A stretch of DNA of 64,000 nt from Marsupella aquatica. Its lineage: Eukaryota; Plantae; Marchantiophyta. The DNA is taken from contig OZ316896.1 of NCBI GenBank assembly GCA_973895155.1, positions 5,407,303-5,471,302 on the forward strand, given 5' to 3'. The position numbers were made by a program, and so were the translations under genes. Position 1 is the first letter of the stretch. Each line of letters opens with the position of its first letter. Of this stretch, positions 1 through 13,559 are shown one piece after another. A model generated the notes under the pieces. It did no database searches. It saw nothing but the letters and a program-made list of their open reading frames with translations, and was not told where the DNA came from.

Positions 1-185
1 AAGATCCATAAATGCGTAAAGTCCGTAATATAATAAACTTTTCGTTCCCGCGAGTCCGAATAATGATCTCGCCGTTATTACGCTCTGTTATTACGCCGTC
101 ATGCACGAAAAAGCTCCCTCACTTCATTCTCTTATTACTGACCAATCGACACCATGAAATCATTAATCTGGTCGTGTTTGGAGAC

Positions 186-530
186 TGGGAAATTTTATTT
201 AGGACCAGCGAGAATCCTTACCGTCGATCTCGATCCATCGTCCATCGGAGGCGGCTCAACTGGACAAAAGGCCTCGTCAGACATCCAAAAAGGCGAACCG
301 GGAAAATTTTATTTCGGCCCAGCGAGAGTATCCCTTACCGTCGATATTGATCCATCGTTCATCGGAGGCAGCTCACTGGACAACAGCCTCGTCAGACATC
401 CAAAAAGGCGTACCGGGAAAAAATTATTTAGGCCCAGTGAGAGAATTATTACCGTAGATCTTGATCCATCGACCGTCGAGGGCAGCTTACTGGACACGAG
501 CCTCGTCAGACATTCAAAAAGGCGTACGGT
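186..530. repeat. Three diverged tandem copies of a ~116-bp unit
   Basis: The unit 'aaattttattt.gg.ccag.gaga.t..ttaccgt.gat..gatccatcg...gcctcgtcagacat.caaaaaggcg.ac' recurs at ~186, ~303 and ~420. The ORFs here are artefacts of the repeat. Confidence 0.85.
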
Positions 531-1221
531 GAACTGCTGTCCGCTGAAAACGGTACTGACCGGCGCCCACAAGAATCTTCTGTAAGTCCCGGAATTCCGG
601 AAAGGTCACGAGAGAAAAGGTGGAGAACGTTTTCGAACCTTGTAATAAATGCTTATAAAACTCCTCTCCAGGACTCCAGCTAAGTAAAGTCACTGTTTGG
701 GGAGAATAATGAAATTCACATCGAGTGTCCGGCTGCCCAATGAAGAAGTATCACGGGAGTGTAAATTATTGGAAATGCCATTAGTGCATTTAGATTCCCT
801 CATAAGCTGGAATTTAGGCCCTTTTTTTTCGAAGTGTTAAAAAGGTTTTGTTTGGGTTGGACTTTTGCAAAACTGAACGCTCCTTGAAACGGCGCATATA
901 TTGGAATTAGGCTATGTTTTTGAGATATAGTTTCATGGACCCTCAAACCAAACTTTTAGCGCCAACCAACCCCATGAAATTTTGGGTGTGTTTAATTTTA
1001 GAGCCATAATCGATTTTATAACTCAAGGGTCCCATAAAGTATCATTTTGGGGGTGCATCAAATATATACCTCCCATTCTTTCTGAGGGTTGTTTTGCATG
1101 TGTAAGGTCTTTAAAAAAGTAGCCCTTACCAGCCCAGGATACCAGCCCAGGATGTCAGATAAGAAGTCAGGTCTCCAATCTGCACATAATCGTCAAAGGT
1201 AAGATGTATCATGCACTAGTG

Positions 1222-1328
1222 TCATTTCCGCCCCTTGAGAATACAAGCCAATCCTTTTAAATCAAAGGACAGGATCATTTCCGCCCCTTGAGAATACAAG
1301 CCAATCCTTTTAAATCAAAGGACAGGAT
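1222..1328. repeat. Perfect 53-bp tandem duplication
   Basis: 'tcatttccgccccttgagaatacaagccaatccttttaaatcaaaggacagga' starts at 1222 and again at 1275. Confidence 0.9.
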
Positions 1329-2059
1329 GGGAAGGATCGCAAAGGTTGTGGCCCTTACCCTTCAAACTCCTTTTTGCTGCCGGTGAGGACTGCCTAGCAA
1401 GGGGGAAAGAGTTGCTCACGCATAGCCGACTTTGTGATGGGGGCCCGAAAATGCCTCCAAATATTTTTTCTGCGCATATGATTTCTTTGTATACAATTCT
1501 ACACATATGATTCTGCAATATAGTGTACAGTACTAAAGGGAGGGCATTTGCGACCGTTCAACTTTGGTGACTCTTTGGTCACGGGCCTGGTATATGGGGG
1601 CTTATTTGAGTACAATCTACACACAAGACGGCCCTAAGTGTTAAAGGGATTTCTCTAGGTTTGGGTTGTGTAAAAATGAATGCTCCTCCATGGAAATTCA
1701 AACAGCAACTGAACCTTCCCCTTCAGGACTTCAGGTGCTCTAGTACACTACTCGCAAGCTACTGAACGAAATAGTTTACTCATTCTGAGTGTTATTATAT
1801 CTATGTCTGTGCAAAAGGCAAGTGCAACAGGTGCCATTAATGCAATTCCAAGGATCGGTTGTCCTAGACCCTGACCTGTACTATGGGCATGATTGTCTGG
1901 ATGAAAAGGCGTTTGTTTTTGGTGGGAATGTGGGTAGGCTATGGCTGCTGTAGTGAAGGTCATTCGTCATTGCTTGGTCATCTGGATGACGCTGTCCAGG
2001 ACAAAATGCTGGACTATGGGATGCTCATGACACTGTTTAGGTATCAAGATACTGATACC

Positions 2060-2400
2060 AGTGAATTTTTTAAGGTTTTTACTTTTCAATTAGAGTGTGG
2101 CGAATGTCTCAATGAATGTGAAGGAGAAGATGCTATTATTTATCTGATTATTTTTTTGACCGTCAAATATCACTAGATTTAAGGATGACCATAAGATTTT
2201 AGCTAATGAGATTATTTTTTTGACCGTCAAATATCACTAGATTTAAGGATGACCATAAGATTTTAGCTAATGAGACCGGTGATTAAATGGAACACCGTCT
2301 AATGAGACAGAAAAATACTAACTAATTTTTGCCAAAAATGAAGAAAGCTTTTTGGTGAGGTGTATTTTGCCAATTTTTGGCCACTAAAAAACCTCTGGTT
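2060..2400 (+). repeat. Dispersed repeat (second copy ~22718-22992) with an internal ~65-bp tandem duplication
   Basis: Both loci share 'aaggtttttactttt', 'gtggcgaatgtc', 'ctaatgagacagaaaaatacta' and 'gccactaaaa'. The block 'gattatttttttgaccgtc...ctaatgag' is duplicated at ~2146-2275. Confidence 0.75.
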
Positions 2401-4717
2401 GATACCTCGATCAAGGTAATTCTTAATGTTTTGTTTGCCAATGTCACGTAGTGTGAAATAGAAGAATGATGTTAGGAGTGTTCGTTACATTAAACTAATT
2501 TAAGATTGTTAATTAAAAGACTGGCAGCATCAGGGGTAAAGAAACACCTGGCTGCAAGGTAGGAGTGCTCAGACCAGGTAAGGCCCAGGGAAGGCCCAAC
2601 TGGCTGTTCCTGCTATAATCCCTCCCAGACGAGCGCATAGGAAACCTTTGGGAGTGCCCTTACAGCTTCCCAAAATATGTAGAAAACATGATTTTACATT
2701 TCTGCGTCTCTGTATCTGGACTTGCTGATGAGAACAAACGTCCAAGGACAAAACGAGTTATTAATACACTTACCTTTCCCGTCCCTTTTAGATAGAGTTA
2801 TTCCTGGTGATATTTGTCTTAGATTGTGTCTTGTCTTTAACGGTACTTCAATCGATACAATAGAATCAATTTACTAAGTGGGGCCAAACAAAGTACAATA
2901 GAGTAAATGCAAAAGAAATCAAGAGAAGACAAGCTCCGAAGGTAAAGGAAGAAGGCTGCAAAATACCTAGAAAAGAAGGAAGAAAGGTACTTCAATGTTC
3001 TTTATGTTTTATATGTGACATCAGAAAATTGGCGTTCCTCTCTAAACTAATCCTTTCATGGACATTCCAATTTCCAAGCTTACTCAGGCGACAGATCTAC
3101 AGTACATATAACAGTGCAAAAGGTGCCATAGAGGGAGACAAGATCCCAAAGGCCAGAAAACCCAATAAAGACAGAAAAACCCAGGAAGACTGCAAAGGCC
3201 AGAAAATCCAATAAAGACATAGGACAACCCAGGAAATTCACTTAGCCAAGTCAGTGAGAAAACTAAGGGCCATCTTGCACGTGGGCCACGCTTATTTGGG
3301 TGGCTCTCAACTGAAAAGATAGCATGAGATGATTGATTGAAATTTTCATGCCCCCACCTCAGGTATGCCTGATGGCATTTCAGTGGAGAACCAAGGACAA
3401 AGGCCAGAAATTTCTGGCCCTTGAGTTTCTGACCAGTGAAATCTAATTAAAACAAAATGAGGGTGGGCTGCTAAAGCTTGGGCAGGGCACATGGCAGCAG
3501 CAAATTAGGGAGAACTCAAGGACTCCAAGGAAAGGGTTGCTTACATGCAAGATGGCCCTAAATCCCCACCACACATCTTACTATATAATCGCAAACAGAA
3601 GCTACTTTTAAGGACTTCGGTCTAGAGTGAAGCCTCTAGACCCTAACTCAAGTAAGGACAATATGTATCATGACTCTGAATAAGACAAATCTAAAAGGTG
3701 CACAAAAAGTTAGGTATGCAAAAATAAGGGAAAAGAGTATAGATTTTTTTTTGGTTTTCAATTTTTTTGGTTTTCAATTCTATTTACGTTAAGAAACGGG
3801 TAGTCATGGCTAGTCAGACTAAAGACAACTCAAACCCCATTGGGCACTGAAAAGCCTGACATGTCTATGGAGTAAACAAAACAAGTGGGTAAAAAAACAA
3901 ATGTGTCTAAAGGCCCTAAAACTGACACCCTCAGCCCTACAAATGGTATAGTAGTGAGAAGTAACACCTCTCTAACACAACTCTAAAATGTGCCAGTTTA
4001 TTATTTCAACCTAATTCCTACACGAAGTACTCAGGTAACCTGCAGTACTTGTTTCACATATGGTACGATCTTTGTGTATAGGACAGAGTATGTAATTGTA
4101 GTCAGCTTGAAATAATTGGCCGTCAAAGTTGACCAGGTCTCACGATTGGATGGTCACCCGGGGTACTCACTTCTTTTCTTTCGACCCATCACGCGCCAAT
4201 AAGTATAGATTTTTTTTATTGGGTTTAGTGAAATACTTTTAAATTTTTGTTGAATAATATTAAGGTTATTTTAATCCAATTTTGAGAATTACAAGAATCA
4301 TATAGTTATTTAAAATCAAATATGAAAATATTCTTAGAATATTCCATTAAATTAGGAGTAAAAAATTCCAAAAAAAACTTTATTGACTTAACTTTAAGGT
4401 GTTTATTCCCCCAAAACTTCGAGCGTGATATGGGACACCCCTTGGATTGAGGCCCCGAGGATGATCATCCATGTCCTCTTTCCTAACCTTATCATCCTTT
4501 CCAATCCCCGGGTTGGGTCTCTTACGTTGCTCCCGCTGCACCACCTCCTGGTTGTGTGGCCCACTTCCTGCCGTCCCCCGTGGTTGAGGTTGAGAGAAGG
4601 TGTTGAGGTTAGCTTGTGGACAGTGGTGACTGTTTGATGATGAAAAATTCATGTTGGATCATTCCAAACTCTGCTTAGCAAACAAAGAAGATATGTAATA
4701 ATTAAATTAAATGAGTG

Positions 4718-5400
4718 GAGGGATGTACTTAATGGACCCTCCAAACCTAATTTTTCTACTTAATAGACCAAAAGATACAGATTCTCTCCCAATCAACCTC
4801 CGGGCCCACTCCTTACAACAATGTTCTTGTGAAACACTTCACTACACAGTTCAAGTTCACTGAGTACGCTGCAGACACCATGGTTAGTCGTGTGTCATAG
4901 GCTGACAATAATTACGCAGTGCATGGATCGTGCAAGTGCTCTAACCCCTAGCCACAATGGAGCATCGAAGCGTCGTAGCGCCATGGCTTCCTAGTTTTTG
5001 TGAATACAATATGGCTTTTGTATTCTAATGAGCATAGAAGACAATTGCAATGGCAAGCCCATGAATCATCCAACGTACAAGAGTCGACACAGAGAGATAC
5101 GTGGTTCACTCCACATGAGGCTATGTCCACGGGAACACACAAGAGCTTTACTGCACTCTAGGTCGACCGGCCATACCAAACATCCACAGCACAAGCTCTC
5201 CCTATCTCTCAACTAGCTCCGTAACAATGAGCCTAAGTTCCCATTCTCCAAGCAAACACCGCTTGGTTATAGAGTGTGCACAACATGACTAACCTAACCA
5301 AGTCTACGACTAAGGTTAGCCTTAACTACGGTACAGTCGTAACTCTAGACCTAACATATTCAAACTACAAATGAACAAGTTTGTGGCGACATCAGAGCAT
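4718..5400 (+). mobile_element. Truncated copy of the non-autonomous MULE found at 13560-14937
   Basis: Colinear similarity to 13560-13885, including 'tacttaatggacc', 'gattctctcccaat', 'gggcccactcc' and 'ggcttcctagtttttgtgaatacaatat'. Confidence 0.75.
5026..5356. mobile_element. Copia-type solo LTR inserted in the MITE
   Basis: 5-bp TSD tattc at 5021-5025 and 5357-5361; ends in ..CTAACA. The empty site 'tgtattcaaactacaa' is seen in the copy at ~13871. It resembles the LTR at 38749-39250 ('gtcgacaca', 'tacgtggttcac', 'gactaacctaac'). Confidence 0.8.
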
Positions 5401-6539
5401 GCAAGCGCCTTTGTGCCAGGCCTCTCAGCTTTTCATAATACATTGTCACTTGAGTATTCACAATACAAAGGAAATAGTTGACAGCTCCATGGAGCTTCCA
5501 AGTGCTGTAGCACCCCCAACCTCCCTGCTTTTATGAAGACATTGTCTATAGTGTATATAACTTTTAAGGGAATTCTCAAAATTCAAATGTGCCTGCCCTT
5601 TATGGCACCTTCTTCAGCAGTACTTCCATCCAATTATCCTTGGTGGTGGTGGGGGGACTATGACCTGCCATCCCCTCACCCAACCCCCCTCTTCGGGCCG
5701 TGACTTGACTTGACTCGCCTCCCTCCCGACTCGTGTTTCTCCCTGCATGCACGCTCCTATTGGCCGCCTGACTGGCCTTCCCTTGCAACCACTGCCCTTT
5801 CCTCTTTAAACTGCAGTGCGACCCTATCAACCTCACTTGCGCGCCCAACTCGCTGTGCCTAGGACCCTGGACCCACGGCCTCCCTTGCGCACCTCACTTG
5901 GGCGACCGACTCCTTGGCCTTGCCTCAACTCCCGCTCACCCTTACCCCTGCCTTGACTCACTGTCGCCTTGCCTTGCCTGGACTTGACTATGACCCTATG
6001 TCCCTTGACGACTTCCAACCCCTCTTGGAGTGAAACGTGCCCCTCGGGATCTGCTGGGGAGGGACCACCGTCAGGTCTTGGACCACGGCAATCACAGGAC
6101 CTTATGAAACTCAATGATCCACCGCTATTTTAACTCCTTGCCTTGGTTCCAACTCCCCCTGTACCCTGGCCTTGTTGTTATCTCTTGCTGCTCTGTTTAG
6201 TATTGAAAGTTGCAAGGGTTGGGGGCCAAAAAATATCGGGGCAAATATTGGTCCCCGGTCTCCAAAAACATATATGAGGGGACCACCTTGTCTAAACTGT
6301 CTTCCATTTGTTGAAAAGTTATACAAAACACACCACCATCCCAAAGGGAGTAAGAGGCCAAGTGAACTTGGATGTGGTTACCTAAGTAGTTCCATGCAAG
6401 GGGTAGGAAAATCGCCCTGTGGAAAAGTAGGCTGAGCCATGCATTGCCCTAAGGGGTCTTGGTGTTGGGGCGGCCACAGCCAACCAAGCGACCCGTGAAA
6501 ACTTGAAGTGAAAAGTCAAAGTAACCATTTTTTACTGAA

Positions 6540-7005
6540 CAATATCGTTTTATTGAACGATAGCTTTGGCGGCACGACATTTTGGTACTTGAATGACAAT
6601 ATATTTTTACTTGACAACATCTTTCACATAACTACATTTTTGGCGACACTGCATCTTTTGCCTTGATGACATCTTGACATAACTACATCTTTTTACTTGA
6701 TGACATCTTGCACGTAAAAGTATTTTTGGCAACATGCCGTCTTTTGCCTTGACTACGTCTTTGACATAACAACTCTTAATTTGGCACCACAACATCTTTT
6801 TACATGATACTCGACATGACAACATCACTTTACTTCATGACATCTTTGGTGACACAATTTCCTTTGCAACACTACAGTTTTGACATAACGACATCTTTGG
6901 CTTTACAACATCTTTTACTTCACAACATCTTTTACTTCACAATTTCTTTTACATAACAACATCTTTGACAACATGATTTCTTTTCACTTCACGACATCTT
7001 TTGTG
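6540..7005. repeat. Degenerate short-unit array with ACATCTTTT core
   Basis: Many imperfect repeats of acaacatcttt(t) and gacatcttt. Confidence 0.7.
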
Positions 7006-8125
7006 CAACGTGTAGGTATTGAGTTATATTTCATAACATTCGGTGTTAGAGCGGACTGCTTAGTTTTGGTTGTCCTGCCATTTGTCCTTGAACCATCTCT
7101 AGCTTGCATTCTAGATGACCACTTCCTTCTTTGCACATTATGGATAATTTAGAGTATTCAATGTGAATTTTGCTGTCTTGCATTCCAAATGACTTCTTTT
7201 CTTAAATCACATTCTGAACGATGTATTCACTGGGAATAGTTTTTCTCTTGCATCCTAGTTGACTTCTAGTCTTTCTTTGCAGTATGAGTGAAGAATTCAC
7301 TGTGGATAGAGTTTGTATGCATTTGTGTTGGCATAATCAAATTCCTTACAGTTCTAAAACGACACATGACAGATGATAAACAATACCATCTGGTATGTCT
7401 GTCATCTCGGTTTTCGTTTCTTCCTTTTAGATCATCCATTACGTATCAGGGTCTTCTGCTACAACACACTAGTAATTCTGTCGAACTAATAACAAATAAT
7501 CACAGGATATCTGATAGAAGCAATTTCAACCGAATAGTCGCTGTCACATCGACGCCATGAAGAATTCAGACTACATAAGAAATCATACTTGCGGTGAATA
7601 ACAACGGTAAAGTCAATAAAGAAGAAGCTTGATCGGGTTAAAGAAAGCAGTCTGCACAAGTGCTTTGTGCCAAGCTCATCATTGAATCGTCGTCTTCGAC
7701 GAAGTCAAAGCGTGAAGGCTGCAATTAGTAAGCCATAGTCTTCTGGATTGAGACCATGTAAATTTTACAATCATATTCGATCAGAATAAACAAGCCAACC
7801 GAGGCTTTTGATTGCAAGTATTCATGTACAGCTGATCACCTGGGAGTATAACGAATCTCAATGGCTATGTGAATCCATCCAGATCCGTGAATATGCTATA
7901 CACAACTGCAAAACTGCTAATCCTAAGTAGATTGTCGAGGACTGTCTGCTAACGATGCGGTTTATTGATCTCAGATCGAAAGCGCCGACGATATTTTGTT
8001 TTTACGGGTCCACAATGGCGCAATGTAGGAGGAAGAGTCGTACTTCCTGCAGCGGCCTTTGGCGCAGACAGTGACAATGATCCTTCAAGAGAGAAATTCT
8101 AAACAACCGATAGAATGTATGCCAG

Positions 8126-8249
8126 TAGGTCATATGATTCCGCCACAAACCTCCTCTTCTTCTATTGGGAGTGGCTAACACCTATAAATAATAGCAGGTC
8201 ATATGATTCCGCCACAAACCTCCTCTCCTTCTATTGGGAGTGGCTAACA
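8126..8249. repeat. ~68-bp-period tandem duplication just downstream of the F-box gene stop codon
   Basis: 'aggtcatatgattccgccacaaacctcctct.cttctattgggagtggctaacac' occurs twice. Confidence 0.85.
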
Positions 8250-8279
8250 CGTATAATTAATAGCAGTCGACGTTCTTGG

Positions 8280-9503
8280 TTAGCAACTGACGCGGTTCAT
8301 TCTTGCAAGAACCTGAGCAGATACAACTCGCCCTTGTGGAACGGCCAGCTCGCGAATGGATGGCGGGTTAGAATTGAAATCCACGATACGTAGAGAACTT
8401 CTGTCATGATCCTCTAGTGGCACTCCCGCAGCCGCTCCGACTACACCGCAGATTTTCCCCTTGCCTGAAGTTAGGCTGTAGAGGCCCTTCAATCTAGGAT
8501 CTACCAAAACCGTCGTCCATTTATCCGCTTGGGGATCATAAACGCTGAGCTTCCCGGCGATTTGGTCGATGACGTAGAATTTGTCATCGACAGCAACGCA
8601 GGATCCGACCCAGCCTACCTTCAAACCCTCAGGCATCCTAGACCACGTCCGTGTTGAAGAGCAGAATACTGCGCCAACCTTCATGAAGATGCCCCTTCCA
8701 CTCACCATGTACAATTTTCCATCCACGTTGACGGCTGGTATGGCTTCACCGCTAAACTTTGAAGACTCCAGAGTAAGTGGCAAGGCTTCCCACGAATCCG
8801 ACTCGAGATCGTACACTTCGGTGGATTTCGATAAGCTCATGGTCCACAACATACCACAGCCACTGGCAACATAAACCTTATCGCCGACGACGCCACAAAC
8901 GCACCATTTCCTTGGAATCTTGAATGCACAGCCCTTCTTCCACTGGCACTTGATCGGATCGAAAACCCACGGATGCTCGAGCGCAGGCTCGAGTGGTGCC
9001 CACTGATGCTGAGCCGTGTCTCTTCGAGCCAATCTCACTCCGGCCAGCATGACCAACTTCTTCCCAGTGCTCACGCACTGCACGTGATGCGTCAACCCGA
9101 TGCTTCCAGGACTGCTCAGCTGGAAATCTATTTCTTCGGGCATTGCTGGCAGAGCGTGCCATGTCGAAGTGAAGGGGTCAAACGCTTGCCAAGAATAAGT
9201 ACCATCCTTGCTCCGAACCAAAACGTAGAGCCAGTCGATAGCCTTGCGGCCAACTTCTCTCCGAGCCATGGCAAGCTCCTCCGATGTTTCCACCGCATTC
9301 TTCCAAAGTTTGCAAACCTCACGAAGTGGTCCCACATCAGAGACTCTCGCAAGGCATCGCAAGGTCAACTCGTCAGGCAAACCCGAGAGCAATGGCACCG
9401 AACTGAAACTACCCTCCGTCGCAGTGTCTGCTGTCACTGACGAGCGGCGAGCCTTGCAACCCGATCCACACAAACCACGACCTGCTGCTTCATCCATGCC
9501 CAC
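8280..9503 (-). CDS. KUF1: F-box/kelch-repeat protein, SKIP25/KUF1-like, single exon, 407 aa
   Basis: F-box LLSGLPDELTLRCLARV...VCKLW. Motifs VQCVS..KKLVMLAG, PALEHPWVFDP, PRKWCVCG...VYVASG, KFSGEAIPAV and MPEGLKVGWVG match the KUF1/SKIP25 family as I recall it. Confidence 0.85.
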   Translation of the reverse strand: MGMDEAAGRGLCGSGCKARRSSVTADTATEGSFSSVPLLSGLPDELTLRCLARVSDVGPLREVCKLWKNAVETSEELAMARREVGRKAIDWLYVLVRSKDGTYSWQAFDPFTSTWHALPAMPEEIDFQLSSPGSIGLTHHVQCVSTGKKLVMLAGVRLARRDTAQHQWAPLEPALEHPWVFDPIKCQWKKGCAFKIPRKWCVCGVVGDKVYVASGCGMLWTMSLSKSTEVYDLESDSWEALPLTLESSKFSGEAIPAVNVDGKLYMVSGRGIFMKVGAVFCSSTRTWSRMPEGLKVGWVGSCVAVDDKFYVIDQIAGKLSVYDPQADKWTTVLVDPRLKGLYSLTSGKGKICGVVGAAAGVPLEDHDRSSLRIVDFNSNPPSIRELAVPQGRVVSAQVLARMNRVSC

Positions 9504-9538
9504 GTCTACTCTTTCTAGAGATCAGACCACTTTGCTCC

Positions 9539-10040
9539 CACGTAGCTTCTTCTGTGACCGCAAAATCCCCCGAATCTCACTGTGCCATTCTCATGGCTGC
9601 AGAAGCATGCCGTCCACTTCACCAAAATCAACCTCTCGTGACATCCTCGAAATACACCAGATTACTTTCCTAGCTCATCAAATCTCACTCTCACTTCTCC
9701 CAGACTCGAGGGACGTCAGAAACATCAAGTCAGGCACAAATCCATCCACTAGAAAGCAGACATCTCGCCATTGCCTTCGACAAACTATGAAAAATTCAAC
9801 GCAACTCCGCACTCACGTAGCTTCTTCTGTGACCACAAAATCCCCCGAATCTCACTGTGCCCTCTCGTGCCTGCAGAAAGAAGCCGCACACCTCTTCCAA
9901 AATTCTCTCGTCAACCTGGAGACACACCAGATCACCTCGCTCATAAAATCCCTCTCTCACTGCCCACACTCGCTCGACGTAGAAGTCACGCACCAACACA
10001 TCCACCGGGTAGCAGAAATCTCGCCATTGCCTTCGACCTT
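9539..10040. repeat. Diverged ~275-bp tandem duplication directly upstream of the F-box start codon
   Basis: 'cacgtagcttcttctgtgacc.caaaatcccccgaatctcactgtgcc' occurs at 9539 and 9814; 'atctcgccattgccttcgac' closes both copies. Confidence 0.8.
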
Positions 10041-10353
10041 CGTGCACAGTGCACACTTCGACAGCACAACCATGAAGAAAATTCAACGGCGACAACTCTC
10101 ATTATGTTGTCTGCGATCCAGCGAGCCTGCGTGAGTGCGGCACTGATGATGAAGTCACTGAGCGTGATCGACCGATGCTATAGAGAAGTACCAACTTTCG
10201 AGCAGAAGATCATTCTCTCGACACTTCGACAGGGCGGACATAGATGTACTGTGCGCATCGTAGCGTGTCTGGCGCAGGCGGGTGTATCAGATCTTCCGTA
10301 TACCCTTTACTGTAGCTTGTCACAGAATGTGGCGATCTGATGTCCAGACTACG

Positions 10354-11010
10354 TAATACTAAAGGTGACTTCTTCGACCTGCCCGCTGCCCTGGCCTGCC
10401 TTGGGTACCGTATGCGTCCTGACGGGCAGGACTGGGCAGGACCAGAGGGCAGAAATCGTCCTGCCCGCTGCCTGTCGATGAACACCGTACGCGTCCTCCA
10501 GGCACAACCGGGCAGGAGCGGCGGGCAGAAATCCTACTGCCCCGCCCATGGGTACCGTATGCTTTGTACGGTGTCTAAAATAAATGAAGCCTTTGTACAG
10601 TCTCTAGGTTTGTCAAAATGCTCACATGTATTTTTCCAGTTCAGATAGACTGCATTTTACTCCAAATGTCACAACAAATATCACTAATTAGTCCATCCCA
10701 ATTATGTGTTTTCTGTCCGGGATCCATGAGATCATCGTTTTTCCAATAAATCACATGCACCAAGTAGCTTATTAATTGTACACTAGTGTATATCAAGGCA
10801 GTCAATCACACTAAATACCAAAATTCCACTCCCCCACTCATGGGTACCTTATGCCTCGTCAGAGGCAGAGAAGGGCAGGAGCGGCGGGCAGATATCCAGC
10901 TGCCCCGGCCACTTGACGTCGTCACGGGCAGGGGCTTCTGGCGGGCAGAAGTGAATCTTCGCGCCGGAAGGGAAGAACTGCCCCAGAGGCTGGACACCAC
11001 TGCAGTATTA
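10354..11010. mobile_element. Putative MITE with GGGCAG/CTGCCC subterminal repeats
   Basis: Imperfect terminal inversion taatact..aggtg / caccactgcagtatta, with clusters of gggcag/ctgccc and tgggtacc.tatg near both ends. No TSD found. Confidence 0.35.
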
Positions 11011-13559
11011 ATGTGCCTGAAATTACATGTATCGTACATTAATTCTAGGACAAAATATTATTCTGCAGAAAGCAATTTCACGGATGGACTGTGAGTTGTC
11101 TATGATGCTCCTACGAACAATTTATGGCAACTTGCATGGCTACATCGAAATAGTGTCTTCTAACATAATGCCACCTATCTTGTCAAATGCCATGACTTGC
11201 CATCATTCTCCGATCAATTATTACCCAACTTCATGGTTAGGGAATAAGGATGGATTTTGGTCATAATAAGTGACCATAGCTCTTTCATAAAATCTATAAT
11301 TATAATAAGGGATCTTGTGTTTTTTTTATCTTAGTTCCAATACAAAAAAACTACTGGACGAGAAAGATTCACACTTGTTTGATTCGTTTGACTGTGTTCA
11401 TTAACCATTGATAGAAGAAATGAACACCAATGACACATATATGCTTTCTCACTCTACCCCATAAATGTCCCAGCTTAACTCCCCATGGGTCAGCCTTCCT
11501 TGTCTCTTGCAATGCACGAGCATAAGGCTCATAATTTAATAATATTTTTTCTTCTTTTCAGTCATCTAGACTCGCACAATCTGAGCAGGTGATTATTACA
11601 GGTGATTATTACAGGATTATGGAATCTACAATATAATAATCAATCTACAAATTGTGCCAGTCTCATTACAACTCAACACTGAAATGTGCCCCATACCATT
11701 ATTTACACTCTAGGTTAAGAGGAATATGGACACTCACTAGTCATCTCATTGTAGGTAGATTTTACTCTGTAGACAATAATCAAAGAAACGCAATTGATGT
11801 TGACTCCCTCTAGGAAATCCTTATTGCTCGATCTGCCTCTATGCTTCTGTGGCAATGACTCTATGTGATGCGCCATCTTGCCACAATTCCAATGTACTAA
11901 TCCATTTTCAGATCCAATTCAAAATGAGAACTCTATACCCAAAAATTGAACTATGGCTTCACTGAATGGCTAGTGTCTATTTCCACATTCCAGATTTTGT
12001 CATTATATTTACCCTTCTGTCTCCACCAAACCTTCCCCTGTTGGTCATTGGATTTGTAGCGAAGAAACATCTCATTGTACTCAAAATCTTGATGTTTGGT
12101 GGAGGTGAAATCAACGAAATTCAAGGATGAGCAGACACAAACAAGAAACTGTGAGTTTAGAAACTGTGCGACCTTCATACCTTCCTGGTCGTCCACCTGT
12201 TTAGTGTGCAGATGATCTCCTTAGGAACGTCGTGAGCCCTTTTTTATGTTTCTAATTTCAAGTGATTAAAGCTCATAACAACAAATGATCTGCTTAGAAG
12301 GAGGGGTACAGTATCCACCCATTCAGAGAAAGCTTGTTTACATCCAAACATCCCAGTTTACTGATGGTCTCACAAGTTCAAGAGGCATAAGCTTGGATTC
12401 AGCTTTAGAAAGTCCATGGGAATTGCAAGAGACAATGCCAGGTCTATCTGAGCATTACTTTCATTCTCCTGATTTAGTTTTCAATTCTCAAAATAATATA
12501 TACACTGAAAAGTCACTGTTTACATTAGTATACTTTAGCTGCTCACCAGACTCTAGTTTTCTTAATTGTTATGGCATTTGCTTGTCATTTGACAAATTGG
12601 TCAGATATTTTGTCTTCAATTAGTCACTTTCTCACCTCTTTGTAAACCCCAATATCCAGAATCCTATGGCATCCTGGTAATTGCACATCAAAAATTGACA
12701 CCCAGAAACCTAATTATAATTACACTAAGTGATTTAAACAAAATATGTTGGTTTATCATAATATGGAGTGACATAATACAGCATTCTGATGTGTAATTAT
12801 GGGGACTCAGTCTTATTGCCATCCTGAGTTCTAGGGAGATGTAACGATTAAAAGTAGTGTAGTAAAATATACAAGGAACATACTTGGCATATTCTCGTTC
12901 ACAGTAGGTTTTATTCGCCACCTGGCTGAAAAGGAAACCCTTAAAATTTGCCTTGAGACTGAGTATATTTATTACCAGGCCTCCACTATCTTTTAAATTA
13001 ATAAGTATGTCATTTGCTCGACATTTACTTGGAGTATATAGTAGGTCTCCACTGCATGTGCAGTAGAAAGGCCTATCTGGTATAAAGCCAGATGGGTTTT
13101 AATCCCCTTTTTCTTTCCACCGCCATAGGCTGAAGCCCGGTGGTTTTAATAACCTTCTTCTTTTCACCGTCATACGCTAAAGCCAGGTGGTTTTAATGCC
13201 CTTTTTCTTTTCACCGTCATAGGCTGGTGTATCGGATCTTGCCTAGAGAATCCAATAACACTCACCCAGCCTGGCCATTGGTCAATTTTTAAAAATTGCC
13301 CCCCTTGTTCTTGAAATCCATAGGGTTTGAAAACTATAGGCCTTCTATGTTCTTTAATTGTAAATTTTTGATTTTATTCCAAGTGAACCCCTCTGAAGGG
13401 AACCAGCAAGCCAATAGAAGCGTAACTCCATCCAATTGGGTGAAACAGGCCAACAGAGCCCAACCAGAGAACCAGAAGTGAGTGGCAGGCCCTGGCACAA
13501 CAAGATGTGAGTCGCCCAGCCAAGCTCACATAACACACAAACAGCAAAGCAAGTAACCA

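Noticed and set aside
2442-3620. Possible LTR fragment (TGTCACG...TGTGACA, PBS-like tgacatcaga)
   Set aside because: No TSD, second LTR or coding remnant could be confirmed.
9244-10340. 296-aa and 189-aa + strand ORFs
   Set aside because: They are antisense to the F-box gene and its duplicated leader, have biased composition and show no recognisable domain.
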